This document shows positions 29,310 through 38,782 of a stretch of 64,000 bases of DNA, one piece after another (within the stretch, counting starts at the first letter, position 1; every line of letters starts with the position of its first letter). A program made the translations under genes and the position numbers. The stretch comes from Candidatus Latescibacterota bacterium (lineage in GTDB: Bacteria; Latescibacterota; UBA2968; UBA8231). The stretch spans positions 4,896,001 to 4,960,000 of the forward strand of contig OZ242214.1 of the NCBI GenBank assembly GCA_965206595.1, in the 5' to 3' direction. The notes beneath the pieces are model-generated. The model was given only the letters and a program-made list of their open reading frames with translations. It was not told where the DNA came from and did no database searches.

Positions 29310-30236
29310 TTAGTACCGCAACGAAGCTTTTATCCTGCCCCAGGAACTCGACCGGACCGCGCTGTCCACCAAAGGCACCTCCTTGCCCAATAAAAACCCG
29401 TCAATCCAATAACTGGAATCCTCACTAGGATTCCCACCGCCCCTGAGAAAACCGTCATCTACCAGATATGAGGTAGGGTCCGAATCTCTGTCGACGTCAC
29501 CTACCCAAAAGAATAAACCTATCACCTTTCCTGCCTCCAGTTCAGATACGACACTGTTTTCCTGATCATTCCTGATCAGAGCGTCGAACGGAGTTACGTA
29601 AAATTCCAGGGTCCAGACAACCGGGCTTTCCCCGACAGCAGCTTCCCCTCCATCCGCGTAGGGATAATCATTAACCCACTCCATTCCTTCGGGGTCATGA
29701 AGCAGCCCGACGGACCTGTCCATGTCCCAAAGTGAGGGAGCCACATACTTTTGCGCCTGCCTCATGCTGTCCCAAACTCTTTCCCCCGAAAAGAATCGAT
29801 AGGTGCCCCCAGAGTGGTCCCCATCGACCCCGAAAGACATGGCGTCCCGGCTCTGAAGGATCTTTTCCCTTACCGCATGGTAGTCGTCTGCCGCCTGCAG
29901 ACTACCGTACAGCCGGTTTTCCGTAGCGTTCCAGCCTAGCCACATTCGAAAATCCAAATCCGACGGATCATAGGATACTCTCTCCCGATCCAAAGTTTCC
30001 GAATCAAGGATGTAGACATGAAAGTCCAGCGCCGTCAAAGAGGGTTCAAACAGCTCTTCCCACTCCTCGATGCTTCCATCTTGGACATTGATCAACTCCA
30101 GCATGTCATCCGTAATCTCGAAAACAGGAATGATTCTCTCCCCCTGGTGGGCGGGGGCAATGTAAGGCCCGTTAATTAACAAGACCATGACCGCATACCC
30201 AACTGCGGTTGCCGGCTTATTTAAAATTCTCCGCAT
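29310..30236 (-). CDS. DOMON/CBM9-like family copy 4, intact
   Basis: Signal ..APAHQGERIIP, DGSIEEWEELFEPSLT, DGDHSGG, EFYVTPFD and SSWGRIKASLRY. Confidence 0.8.
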   Translation of the reverse strand: MRRILNKPATAVGYAVMVLLINGPYIAPAHQGERIIPVFEITDDMLELINVQDGSIEEWEELFEPSLTALDFHVYILDSETLDRERVSYDPSDLDFRMWLGWNATENRLYGSLQAADDYHAVREKILQSRDAMSFGVDGDHSGGTYRFFSGERVWDSMRQAQKYVAPSLWDMDRSVGLLHDPEGMEWVNDYPYADGGEAAVGESPVVWTLEFYVTPFDALIRNDQENSVVSELEAGKVIGLFFWVGDVDRDSDPTSYLVDDGFLRGGGNPSEDSSYWIDGFLLGKEVPLVDSAVRSSSWGRIKASLRY

Positions 30237-30342
30237 CCTATCCCCCCTCCTGCTTCCTGGGAGTGAACACCGCTTCATAGGCTTCAAATCAGGCAAGCAG
30301 GGGGCATTCACCACGCCTTCCTACTTGCCTGAAAAACTTTCA

Positions 30343-30362
30343 TTCTTGGGAAGGCCCAAGAA
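30343..30362 (-). terminator. Hairpin just downstream of the Cys-rich peptide gene
   Basis: TTCTTGGG-AAGG-CCCAAGAA perfect 8-bp stem 2 nt after the stop. A U-rich tract follows shortly on the minus strand. Confidence 0.5.
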
Positions 30363-30364
30363 CC

Positions 30365-30652
30365 TTACGAGCCCCCGTTGCAGGCGGTCTGGAAGCAATA
30401 ACCCGCCTCTTGGATACATCGGCTATTGTCTTCGGGGATGGAAGCGCAAAAAATGCCCACACACTGTTGTTCATTGCAGGGAAAGGCCTTTCCCGGAGGG
30501 ACCAACAACTGGTCAAGGGCAGAATACGTCCCCGAAGCCGACCCACCCGATGGCATTAAAACGCTAACCCCAGCGCCGGCCAATGCGACGCCAAGCGGTG
30601 CTATGCCGGCCTTCAGCACGGCAAGGACCTTCTTTCTTATCATGCCTATCAT
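30365..30652 (-). CDS. Small exported cysteine-rich peptide (6 Cys)
   Basis: GGAG SD, basic-hydrophobic leader, C-x4-C-x4-C-x9-C-x6-C-x4-C, and a downstream hairpin. Confidence 0.6.
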   Translation of the reverse strand: MIGMIRKKVLAVLKAGIAPLGVALAGAGVSVLMPSGGSASGTYSALDQLLVPPGKAFPCNEQQCVGIFCASIPEDNSRCIQEAGYCFQTACNGGS

Positions 30653-30856
30653 GGTCTTTTCTCCATAAAAACCGAGGATATGGAAAGGGAATGGAAAATG
30701 TAATTGTTCCATCGCGTGGCAGATTACGCGCATTAAAGGATTTTACCCTCCTTCCTCTGCCTAGGGTTTTTTCAAAGCAAATTCAATCCTTGCGATTCAA
30801 AACCAATCCCCCAATATTGGGTTCCATGTTTGTCTTCATCAAGTTTCAAGAGAGCT

Positions 30857-31788
30857 TTATTGCCTCAACGAGGCCTTGATCAGGCCCCAGGAACTTGGTC
30901 TAACGGCGCTGTCTTCCAAAAACTCCCCGGCCCCCAACAACAACCCATCAACAAAAGAATCAGCATTTTCCGAGGGGTTCGGAGCCGTACGCCTGACAAA
31001 CCCGTCGTCGATGGTGTAAGTGACCGACTTCGAAAGATCGCCATCTACATCGACGACCCGAATAAAAAAACCAATCACCTTACCGGCCACCAACTCCGAC
31101 ACCACACTGCTTTCCTGGTCATTCCAGATCAGCGCGTCAAATGGGGTTACGTAGAATTCCACACTCCAGAAAACAGGGTTCTCTCCGACCGCTCCTTCTC
31201 CTCCGTCGATATAAGGAGGATAGTTCACCCATTCGAAGCCCTCCGGGTCCAATTGCAACCCAACGGACCGATCCATATCCCATAATGAAGGGGCTATGTA
31301 CTTTTGGGCATGCCCAAAGGTGTCCCGATACCTCGGACCCGAAAAAAACATAAACGTTCCCCCGGAGTGATCGCCATCGACATATAGTGACAAAAAGTCC
31401 TCGTTTTGAAGAATTTCACTCTTACCATATAGGAGTCATCCGCCGCTTGAATGGCCACGTACACCCGACTGTGGGTACCATTCCATCCCAGCCAAATTCG
31501 AAAGTCGATGTCCGACGGGTCAAACGGTGCTATCACGCGATCGGAGGAAGCGGTAAAATCCAGCGTCGTCAAAGAAGGTTCGAATAGTTCTTCCCACTCG
31601 TCGATGCGCCCGTCCTTGAGATCGATCAACTCCAGCATGTCATCCGTGATCTCGTAAATGGGAAAAATCCTATCTCCTTGGTAGGCAATTGCAGCGGTAG
31701 AGCAAGAAATCAACGATACCACCACGAAACAGACGATTGCCTGTGACCACACGGGACACTTCCTGTTGAAATGGATAAAGGGTTTCAT
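30857..31788 (-). pseudogene. DOMON/CBM9-like family copy 5, -1 frameshift in an A-run near 31415
   Basis: Restoring one A gives VRVKILQNEDFLSLYVDGDHSGG, which matches copy 4 (VREKILQSRDAMSFGVDGDHSGG). Ends SSWGLIKASLRQ. Confidence 0.78.
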
Positions 31789-31858
31789 GTGCGTCTCCTT
31801 CTTATCGGTTTCAGTATGCTGCCGAGGTGCTTTTTGCAGACCGCCCGCCGGCCTCCAC

Positions 31859-32941
31859 TCAGAGGTCGATCGCGACCGCGTCCCCGGCTCCCAGCAGGGA
31901 ACGCTTCCCCGCGTCGACCACCTGCTGCGCCCGCAGTCCGTCCCCCTGGTTGACGCTGAAAGGCCCCCCGTTCAGGCACTGCTCGACTAAGTGGGCGATC
32001 TCCGCTGAATACGCCGGGCCGAAGCGCTCGATGAACACCGGCACCTCGCGGCCGTAGTCGCGCATGCGGAAGACCTGCCTGTCGATGACGCTGCCGCGGC
32101 CGTAGGCCTCGAACCGCACCTCGAGCGGGTTCGACTGGAAGTGCCCGACCTGGATCACCCCCTCGTCGCCGTAGATGCAGGTCTCGTTGCGGTAGCCGGC
32201 GACGTGGTTGCGGCTCACCTGGACCTGGGCGATCGCGTCCTCCTGCAGCCACATCTGGATGAAGGCGTCGTCGAAGTCCTCGGCGACGGAGCTGACCTTC
32301 TGGTTGTGCAGCCGCGCCCCCATGCCGGTCACGGAGCGCGGCATCTTGCCGGTGAGCCAGATGACCTCGTCGGCGTTGTGGACCGCCATGTCGCTGAGCA
32401 GGCCGGGGCTGCTGTACCCCTCGGGCGGTCCGTGGGGGTCCTCGAGGACGGAGACGATCTTGAAGACCTTGCCGATGCGCTCTTCTGCCAGCAGCTCCCT
32501 GGCGCGCAGCAGCGGCGCGTCGAAGCGGCGCATGAAGGCCAGCATCAACGCCTGCCGGCGGTACTCGTCGCCGTCGAGCCAGGCGACGAACTCGCGCGAC
32601 GTTTCCAGCGAGTGGGTGAGCGGTTTCTCCAGCAGCACCCGCTGGCCGGCGTCGATCAGGGTTCGGGCGTCGCCGTAGTGGTCGGCGGTGCGGGAGGCGA
32701 TTACCGCGGCGTCGGCGGCCCCGGCTTCCGCCAGCTCGGCGACCGACGTGAAGGTCCGGATTTTCGCCTCCTGACCCGGCTGCAGCTGCGCGGCGACGCG
32801 CTCGGCGAGATCCCCGTGGCCGTCGACGACGGCGCTCAGCTCGCAGGTCCCCTCCCGGTTGGCGAGCTCCTGAACGTGCAGCGCGTGGTAGATGCCGATG
32901 CGGCCGACGCCGACCGCGGCAATTTTGAGGGGAGCGGACAT
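31859..32941 (-). CDS. Gfo/Idh/MocA-family oxidoreductase (inositol dehydrogenase-like)
   Basis: VGVGRIG, LLEKPL, FMRRFD and DMAVHNAD. Confidence 0.9.
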   Translation of the reverse strand: MSAPLKIAAVGVGRIGIYHALHVQELANREGTCELSAVVDGHGDLAERVAAQLQPGQEAKIRTFTSVAELAEAGAADAAVIASRTADHYGDARTLIDAGQRVLLEKPLTHSLETSREFVAWLDGDEYRRQALMLAFMRRFDAPLLRARELLAEERIGKVFKIVSVLEDPHGPPEGYSSPGLLSDMAVHNADEVIWLTGKMPRSVTGMGARLHNQKVSSVAEDFDDAFIQMWLQEDAIAQVQVSRNHVAGYRNETCIYGDEGVIQVGHFQSNPLEVRFEAYGRGSVIDRQVFRMRDYGREVPVFIERFGPAYSAEIAHLVEQCLNGGPFSVNQGDGLRAQQVVDAGKRSLLGAGDAVAIDL

Positions 32942-32949
32942 GTTGCGGC

Positions 32950-33831
32950 TCAGCGCAAGTACTTGCCGTAAAGTGGCTCCAGGCGGGCCTTCGCCTCGGC
33001 GCCGATGGCCTCGGGCTCCGTGATGATGGCGTGGCGCGCCGCCTCCAGGCACTCGCACTCCGACTCGGCCGGCAGGTTCGCCGCCACTTCGCCGATGATG
33101 CGGTTGGCGGCCGCGGCGTTCGCCCTCAGCGTGTCGATCACCGCGGCGACCGACACGTCCTCTTCATCCTCGTGCCAGCAGTCGTAGTCGGTTCCCATCG
33201 CCAGCATGCTGTAGCAGAGCTCGGCCTCGCGGGCGAGCTTGGCCTCGGGGACCGCGGTCATCCCGATGACGGAGGCGCCGACGACGTCCTTGTAGTGGAA
33301 GGACTCGGCGCGGGTCGAGAACTGCGGCCCTTCCATGCAGAGGTAGGTCCCGCCTTCGTGCACGGTGGCGCCGCAGGCGCGTCCCGCGCCGGCGACCACG
33401 GCCCCGAGCTCGGCGCAGAACGGATCGGCCATCGACACGTGGCCAACGATGCCGCCGCCGAAGAAGGTGTGGGGGCGCAGGTCCCGGGTGCGGTCGAAGA
33501 TCTGGTCCGGTATCACCATCTCTCCCGGCCTGATCCGCTCCGTCATGATGCCGACGGCGCTGGCCGAGAGCAGGTGGGTGACCCCCACCTGCTTCAGGGC
33601 ATGGATGTTGGCGCGGTAGGGAACCTCGGTCGGGGTCAGCCTGTGCCCCCTGCCGTGCCGGGGGATGAACCAGGCGCCGCGGCCGGAGATCCTCGCCTCG
33701 ATCAGGGCATCCGAAGGGGGGCCGTACGGGGTCTCCACAGGGTGCTCGGCCACCACCTCGACCCCGTCCATCTGGTAGAGACCGGAGCCGCCGATCACGC
33801 CCAGGAGAACTGGTTTTGCCGATGCGGCCAT
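32950..33831 (-). CDS. mtnP: S-methyl-5'-thioadenosine phosphorylase
   Basis: GVIGGSGLY, PRHGRGH, MEGPQFSTRAES, GMTAVPEAKLAREAE and TDYDCWH. Confidence 0.95.
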   Translation of the reverse strand: MAASAKPVLLGVIGGSGLYQMDGVEVVAEHPVETPYGPPSDALIEARISGRGAWFIPRHGRGHRLTPTEVPYRANIHALKQVGVTHLLSASAVGIMTERIRPGEMVIPDQIFDRTRDLRPHTFFGGGIVGHVSMADPFCAELGAVVAGAGRACGATVHEGGTYLCMEGPQFSTRAESFHYKDVVGASVIGMTAVPEAKLAREAELCYSMLAMGTDYDCWHEDEEDVSVAAVIDTLRANAAAANRIIGEVAANLPAESECECLEAARHAIITEPEAIGAEAKARLEPLYGKYLR

Positions 33832-34001
33832 GGGCTTTCGCTTAGACCTGAAAGGGGTTTTCGCCGCGATTGCGCGGCGGGGCGAACGGGCCTGCCGGCC
33901 TCCCTCCGGCGGCTGGCACCGGGCAGGGGAACCGTCCCCCGACGTCCGCGAGGGGTCAAGCTAATCCCTTATATTCCGGTGGTCCATCGCCGGCCTACCG
34001 C

Positions 34002-36350
34002 ATGCAACCCGTCCTCGTTCAAGTTTCCGTCCGCGATCTCATCGGCTTCGCCCTCCGCTCCGGGGACCTCGGATCCCCTTTCGTCAGCGCGAAGCGCGCC
34101 GTCGAGGGAACGCGCGGCCACCAGTACGTGCAGGGGCTGCGCCCCGATGGATACGAGAGCGAGGTCCCCGTCTCCTTCCGCTACGAGGCGAATCCCGTCT
34201 CTCTCGAGATCAGCGGCCGCGCCGACGGGGTGCTCCTCGACGGGGACGGGCTGCTGGTCGAAGAGATCAAGACCATCTACGGTCCCTTCGATGCCGGACG
34301 CGGCGACGACCCGCTGCACTGGGCCCAGGTCAAGATCTACGGCTACGTCCTCGGGGTTCGGCACCGGGTTTCCGAGGTCGACGTCCAGCTGACCTACCTG
34401 CAGCTCGGCTCCAGCGAAATCCGCGAAGACCGGCGCACCTTCGAGATCGAGGAGCTCGCCCGTTTCTTCGAGGAGATCGTCACCCGCTATCTCCGCTGGG
34501 AACGCGCCTACCGCGAGCACTGCTGGAAGCGGGACCGCTCGATTTCGGGGCTGGGATTCCCCTTCCCGAGCTTCCGCCCGGGCCAGGAGGAGCTGTCCGC
34601 CTGCGTCGCCGACACGATCGCCTCCCAGGGCCGTCTCTACGCCGAGGCGCCGACCGGGATCGGCAAGACCATCTCCGTGCTGTTTCCCGCGGTCCAGGCG
34701 GTCGGCGAGGGGCGCGTCGAGAAGATCTTCTACCTCACCGCCAAGACGAGCGGCCGCGCCGTCGCCGAAAAGGCGTTCGCCGACCTGCAGGGGGCCGGCC
34801 TCGAGTTCAAGAGCGTGACCCTCACGGCGCGCGACCGCATCTGCTTCAACGCCCGCGGCGGACGCCCCTGCGACCAGGAGACCTGCCAGTACGCCCTCGG
34901 CTACTACGACCGCGTCAACGACGCCGTCGACGAGGCCTTCTCGCTGGCGGCGGCGACGCGGACTGCGATCGAGGAGGTGGCGCGGCGGCATACCGTCTGC
35001 CCGTTCGAGCTGTCGCTCGACCTGTCCCTGTGGGCGGACGCGATCATCTGCGACTACAACTACGTCTTCGATCCCAAGGCCTACCTGCGCCGCTATTTCC
35101 TCGATACCCGCGGGAAGTACCTCTTCCTGGTCGACGAGGCCCACAACCTGGTCGAGCGCGCCCGCGACATGTACTCCGCCGAGCTCCGCAGGTCGGATTT
35201 CCGCCGGTTGAAGAGGGGGCTGGGAGGGGATCACCCCCACCTGGCCAAGGCGCTGGCGGATATCGACTCCTGTCTGCGCGGCGTCGCCGAGCGCTGCGAG
35301 CTGGAGGGGGACGGGGAGAACTGGCTTGCACGGGAAAAGCCGGAGGACCTGCCGTACCTGCTGGAGCGCTTCAACGCCATCGCCGAGCCCCTCCTCGCCC
35401 GCAACAGGGCTGCTCCGTACGGCGGCGACCTGCTGGACTGCTACTTCACCGCGACCGGCTTCCTGCGCGTCGCCGAGCTCTTCGACGAGCGCTACGTCAC
35501 CTGCGCCGAGCGTTCGGCGCGCGACCTCAGCCTGCGCCTCTACTGCCTCGACCCCTCGGCGCAGATCCGCACCGCCCTCAAGCGCGGCCGGTCCGCGGCC
35601 TTCTTCTCGGCGACCCTCACCCCGCTCGACTACTTCCGCGACCTGCTCGGGGGGGACCGCCACGACTTCACCCTGTCCCTGCCCTCCCCGTTTCCGCAGG
35701 AGCACCTCGGGCTTCTTCTCGCCGATCACATCGACACCACCTGGCGCGGCCGCGGCTCTTCCTACGGCGACGTCGCCGAGTCGATCGCCGCCGCGGCCCT
35801 GCAGCGCCGCGGCAACTACATCGCCTACTTCCCGTCGTACAAGTATCTCGAAGAGGTGTACGGCCGCTTTCCGGGTGGCATCCGCACCCTGGTGCAGCGG
35901 CGCGGCATGAGCGAAGCGGAGCGCGAGCAGTTCCTCGCCGTCTTCGACACCGACCACCGCGAGACCGTCGTCGGCTTCGCGGTGATGGGGGGAATCTTCG
36001 GCGAGGGTATCGACCTGGTGGGGGAGCGTCTCGTGGGGGCGATCATCGTCGGCGTCGGCCTGCCCCGGATCTGCCTGGAGCGCAACCTGATCCGCGGTTA
36101 CTTCGACGAGCGCAACCTCCCCGGGTTCGCCTACGCCTACACCTACCCGGGGATGAACCGCGTGCTGCAGGCCGCGGGCCGCGTCATCCGCGGCGAGCGC
36201 GAACGCGGGCTGATTCTGCTCGTCGACCGCCGCTTTGCCCAGGAGCAGTACCGCGAGCTGTTCCCCGCCCACTGGAGCCGCCCCGACCGCACCCGCGGGG
36301 CGGACCGCATCAGGCAGGCGGCCGGAGTTTTCTGGAGAAGGGCCGACTGA
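34002..36350 (+). CDS. DinG/Rad3 (XPD)-family Fe-S helicase with an N-terminal PD-(D/E)xK nuclease domain
   Basis: GRADG..EEIKT, Walker A APTGIGKT, Fe-S Cys residues, VDEAHNL and QAAGRVIR. Confidence 0.92.
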   Translation: MQPVLVQVSVRDLIGFALRSGDLGSPFVSAKRAVEGTRGHQYVQGLRPDGYESEVPVSFRYEANPVSLEISGRADGVLLDGDGLLVEEIKTIYGPFDAGRGDDPLHWAQVKIYGYVLGVRHRVSEVDVQLTYLQLGSSEIREDRRTFEIEELARFFEEIVTRYLRWERAYREHCWKRDRSISGLGFPFPSFRPGQEELSACVADTIASQGRLYAEAPTGIGKTISVLFPAVQAVGEGRVEKIFYLTAKTSGRAVAEKAFADLQGAGLEFKSVTLTARDRICFNARGGRPCDQETCQYALGYYDRVNDAVDEAFSLAAATRTAIEEVARRHTVCPFELSLDLSLWADAIICDYNYVFDPKAYLRRYFLDTRGKYLFLVDEAHNLVERARDMYSAELRRSDFRRLKRGLGGDHPHLAKALADIDSCLRGVAERCELEGDGENWLAREKPEDLPYLLERFNAIAEPLLARNRAAPYGGDLLDCYFTATGFLRVAELFDERYVTCAERSARDLSLRLYCLDPSAQIRTALKRGRSAAFFSATLTPLDYFRDLLGGDRHDFTLSLPSPFPQEHLGLLLADHIDTTWRGRGSSYGDVAESIAAAALQRRGNYIAYFPSYKYLEEVYGRFPGGIRTLVQRRGMSEAEREQFLAVFDTDHRETVVGFAVMGGIFGEGIDLVGERLVGAIIVGVGLPRICLERNLIRGYFDERNLPGFAYAYTYPGMNRVLQAAGRVIRGERERGLILLVDRRFAQEQYRELFPAHWSRPDRTRGADRIRQAAGVFWRRAD

Positions 36351-36365
36351 GGCTGGTTTCGCCGG

Positions 36366-37424
36366 TCACCGGGAGCGCCTCGTGCGCACCGCCGCGGCGA
36401 GCTCCTCCAGCATCCGCTCCGTCGTCTCCCAGGAGACGCAGGCGTCGGTGATGCTCTGCCCGTAGGTCGGCTCCCTGCCGGGGACCAGGTCCTGGCGGCC
36501 GGCGAGGAGGTGGCTCTCGATCATGACCCCGAAAATGTTTTCGGATCCGGCTGCGACCTGGGCGGCGACCTCGGCGCTGACGAGGGGCTGCCTGGCGTGG
36601 TCCTTGGCGCTGTTTCCGTGACTGCAGTCGATCATCACCCGGAAGGGGAGTCCCTTTTCCCGCAGTTCCCCGGCCACCGAGGCAACGGACTGCCGGTCGT
36701 AGTTGCCGCCGCTGTTCGAGCCGCGCAGGATGAGGTGGCAGCGGTCGTTGCCGGTGGTGGCGACGATGGCCGAGATCCCCTGCTTGGTCACCGAGAGAAA
36801 GTGGTGAGCGCCCCGGGCCGCCAGGATCGCGTCGATCGCCAGCTGCACGCTGCCGCCGGTGCCGTTCTTGAACCCCACCGGCATCGACAGTCCCGAGGCG
36901 AGCTCGCGGTGCACCTGGCTCTCGGTGGTGCGCGCCCCGATCGCTCCCCAGCTCGCCAGGTCGGCGATGAACTGCGGCGTAATGGTATCGAGAAACTCCG
37001 ACCCTGCCGGCAGCCCGCTGTCGGCGAGGTCGAGCAGGAGCCGGCGCGCCGTCCGCAGCCCCTCGTTGATGGCGAAACTGTCGTCGAGGTGAGGGTCGTT
37101 TATCAATCCCTTCCAGCCCACAGTCGTACGCGGCTTTTCGAAGTAGACGCGCATGGCGATCAGCAGGTCCTCCCGCAGGCGCCCGGCCGCGGCGGCCAGG
37201 CTGCCGCCGTAGTCGCGCGCGGCGTCGGGATCGTGGATCGAGCAGGGCCCGACGATCGCCACCAGGCGGTCGTCCTCGCCATCCATGATGGCGCCGATCT
37301 TGCGCCGGCCCGAGGCAACCGTCTCCGAGGCCCTCTCCGTCAACGGCAGCTCTTCCATCAGGATCGCCGGGGGCAGCAGCGGCCGCAGGTTGGCGATTCT
37401 CAGGTCATCGGTAGCTTGCAGCAT
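36366..37424 (-). CDS. aroG: 3-deoxy-D-arabino-heptulosonate 7-phosphate synthase (class I-alpha, AroF/G/H)
   Basis: GPCSIHD, RVYFEKPRTTVGWKG, IGARTTESQVHR and DCSHGNS. Confidence 0.95.
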   Translation of the reverse strand: MLQATDDLRIANLRPLLPPAILMEELPLTERASETVASGRRKIGAIMDGEDDRLVAIVGPCSIHDPDAARDYGGSLAAAAGRLREDLLIAMRVYFEKPRTTVGWKGLINDPHLDDSFAINEGLRTARRLLLDLADSGLPAGSEFLDTITPQFIADLASWGAIGARTTESQVHRELASGLSMPVGFKNGTGGSVQLAIDAILAARGAHHFLSVTKQGISAIVATTGNDRCHLILRGSNSGGNYDRQSVASVAGELREKGLPFRVMIDCSHGNSAKDHARQPLVSAEVAAQVAAGSENIFGVMIESHLLAGRQDLVPGREPTYGQSITDACVSWETTERMLEELAAAVRTRRSR

Positions 37425-37471
37425 CTTCTCCTCTTGCGACTTGGTTCTCGGAAAAAGGAACGGGACCCGCG

Positions 37472-38734
37472 CTAGCCGGTGACGGCCGCGGGGGGAGACC
37501 ACCCGAAGCGGGCGAAGTTCTTCCCCGACAGGGCGTTCATCTCGTCGGCGCGGCGCAGCGTCTCGGCCACTTCCTCGCGCAGGTCGTCGGGGCGATAGGG
37601 GACTCCCTCCCGCACCGTGAGAACCGGTTCGATCTTCTGCGAACCGCTGTTCCGTTCCCTGTGGCAGTCGAAGAAATCGTATTCCCCTTCGGTAATTTCG
37701 AACGCCGCGAGGTCGGCGACCGTGCCGGGCCGCAGCGTTCCCAACTCTTCGCGGCCGATGGCGGCGGCCGCCCTGGTGGTGGTGCGCGCGATCACCTCGC
37801 GCAGCCCTACTCCGAGGCTCATCAGCTTCGATCCGGCGTCGGCGAGGCTGTCTACGGTGCGCTCGATGCTGTGGGCGTGGATGTCGGTGCTGATGACGTC
37901 GGCGAGAAAGCCCTCGGCCAGCGAGGCGCGGGCAACCTCGAAATTGAAGCTGCCGCCGCCGTGGCCGACGTCGAACAGCACGCCGCGTTCGCGCGCCTCC
38001 CAGACCGCCTCGAGGACGCGGTCGTCCTCACCGATCACGAGGTCGCCGTGCCCCTGGTAGCAGTGGGTGACGATGTCGCCCGCGCGCATTCCGGCGAGCA
38101 CCTCCGGCAGCGGCACCCCGGTGCCGATGTGGACCATGACCGGAACGTCCACCATGCCGGCAGCGGCGGTGGCCAGGCGCAGCGGCTCGACCCCGTTGTC
38201 CCCCACCTGGAAGCGGGCCTGGCGGACCTTCACACCGACGCAGATCCCGGGCCAGTTGTGGATCACACAGGCGGTGCGCTCCGGATCCCCGTAGCGCAGG
38301 TCCTCCATCTCTCCGACCGGCCCGTAGGTGAGGCCGATCCCGGAGATATGCACGAACGCCAGGGTCCGGGTGCGCGCCGGATCGGCGACGAACTCCTTGA
38401 AGCCGATGAAGTTGGCCCAGCCCGGGCTGCCGGCGTCGACAATCGTGGTGACCCCCGTGGCGAGGCAGTGGGCGTCCGCCTTGATGCCCCAGGTCGTGGC
38501 GCCGGGATACACGTGGGCGTGGATGTCGATCCACCCAGGGGTGAGGATGCGCCCGGACAGGTCGATCCGCTCCCGGGCCGAGGCGGTATCGATTCCCTCC
38601 GAGACCGCGGCGATGAGACCGTCCCTGACGGCGACATCCCTGGCCCCGTCGATTCCCTGGGAGGGGTCTATCACCGTGGCCCCGCTCAGCAGCAGGTCGT
38701 ACTTCCTTTCTGCACTACCCGTTGGCGGCGGCAA
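37472..38734 (-). CDS. Amidohydrolase/deacetylase-family metallohydrolase (dihydroorotase-like)
   Basis: PGWIDIHAHV, GVTTIVDAGS, DVGHGGGSF and ISTDIH. Confidence 0.9.
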   Translation of the reverse strand: MPPPTGSAERKYDLLLSGATVIDPSQGIDGARDVAVRDGLIAAVSEGIDTASARERIDLSGRILTPGWIDIHAHVYPGATTWGIKADAHCLATGVTTIVDAGSPGWANFIGFKEFVADPARTRTLAFVHISGIGLTYGPVGEMEDLRYGDPERTACVIHNWPGICVGVKVRQARFQVGDNGVEPLRLATAAAGMVDVPVMVHIGTGVPLPEVLAGMRAGDIVTHCYQGHGDLVIGEDDRVLEAVWEARERGVLFDVGHGGGSFNFEVARASLAEGFLADVISTDIHAHSIERTVDSLADAGSKLMSLGVGLREVIARTTTRAAAAIGREELGTLRPGTVADLAAFEITEGEYDFFDCHRERNSGSQKIEPVLTVREGVPYRPDDLREEVAETLRRADEMNALSGKNFARFGWSPPAAVTG

Positions 38735-38782
38735 CTCTATGTCCTTACGAATGCTGGTTTCCTGGGAGGGCTTGTCCGGAGG

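Noticed and set aside
27259-31788. Diversity-generating retroelement or CRISPR array behind the repeated sequences
   Set aside because: There is no reverse transcriptase, no adenine-specific TR/VR pair and no regular repeat-spacer structure. The repeats are whole-gene paralogs.
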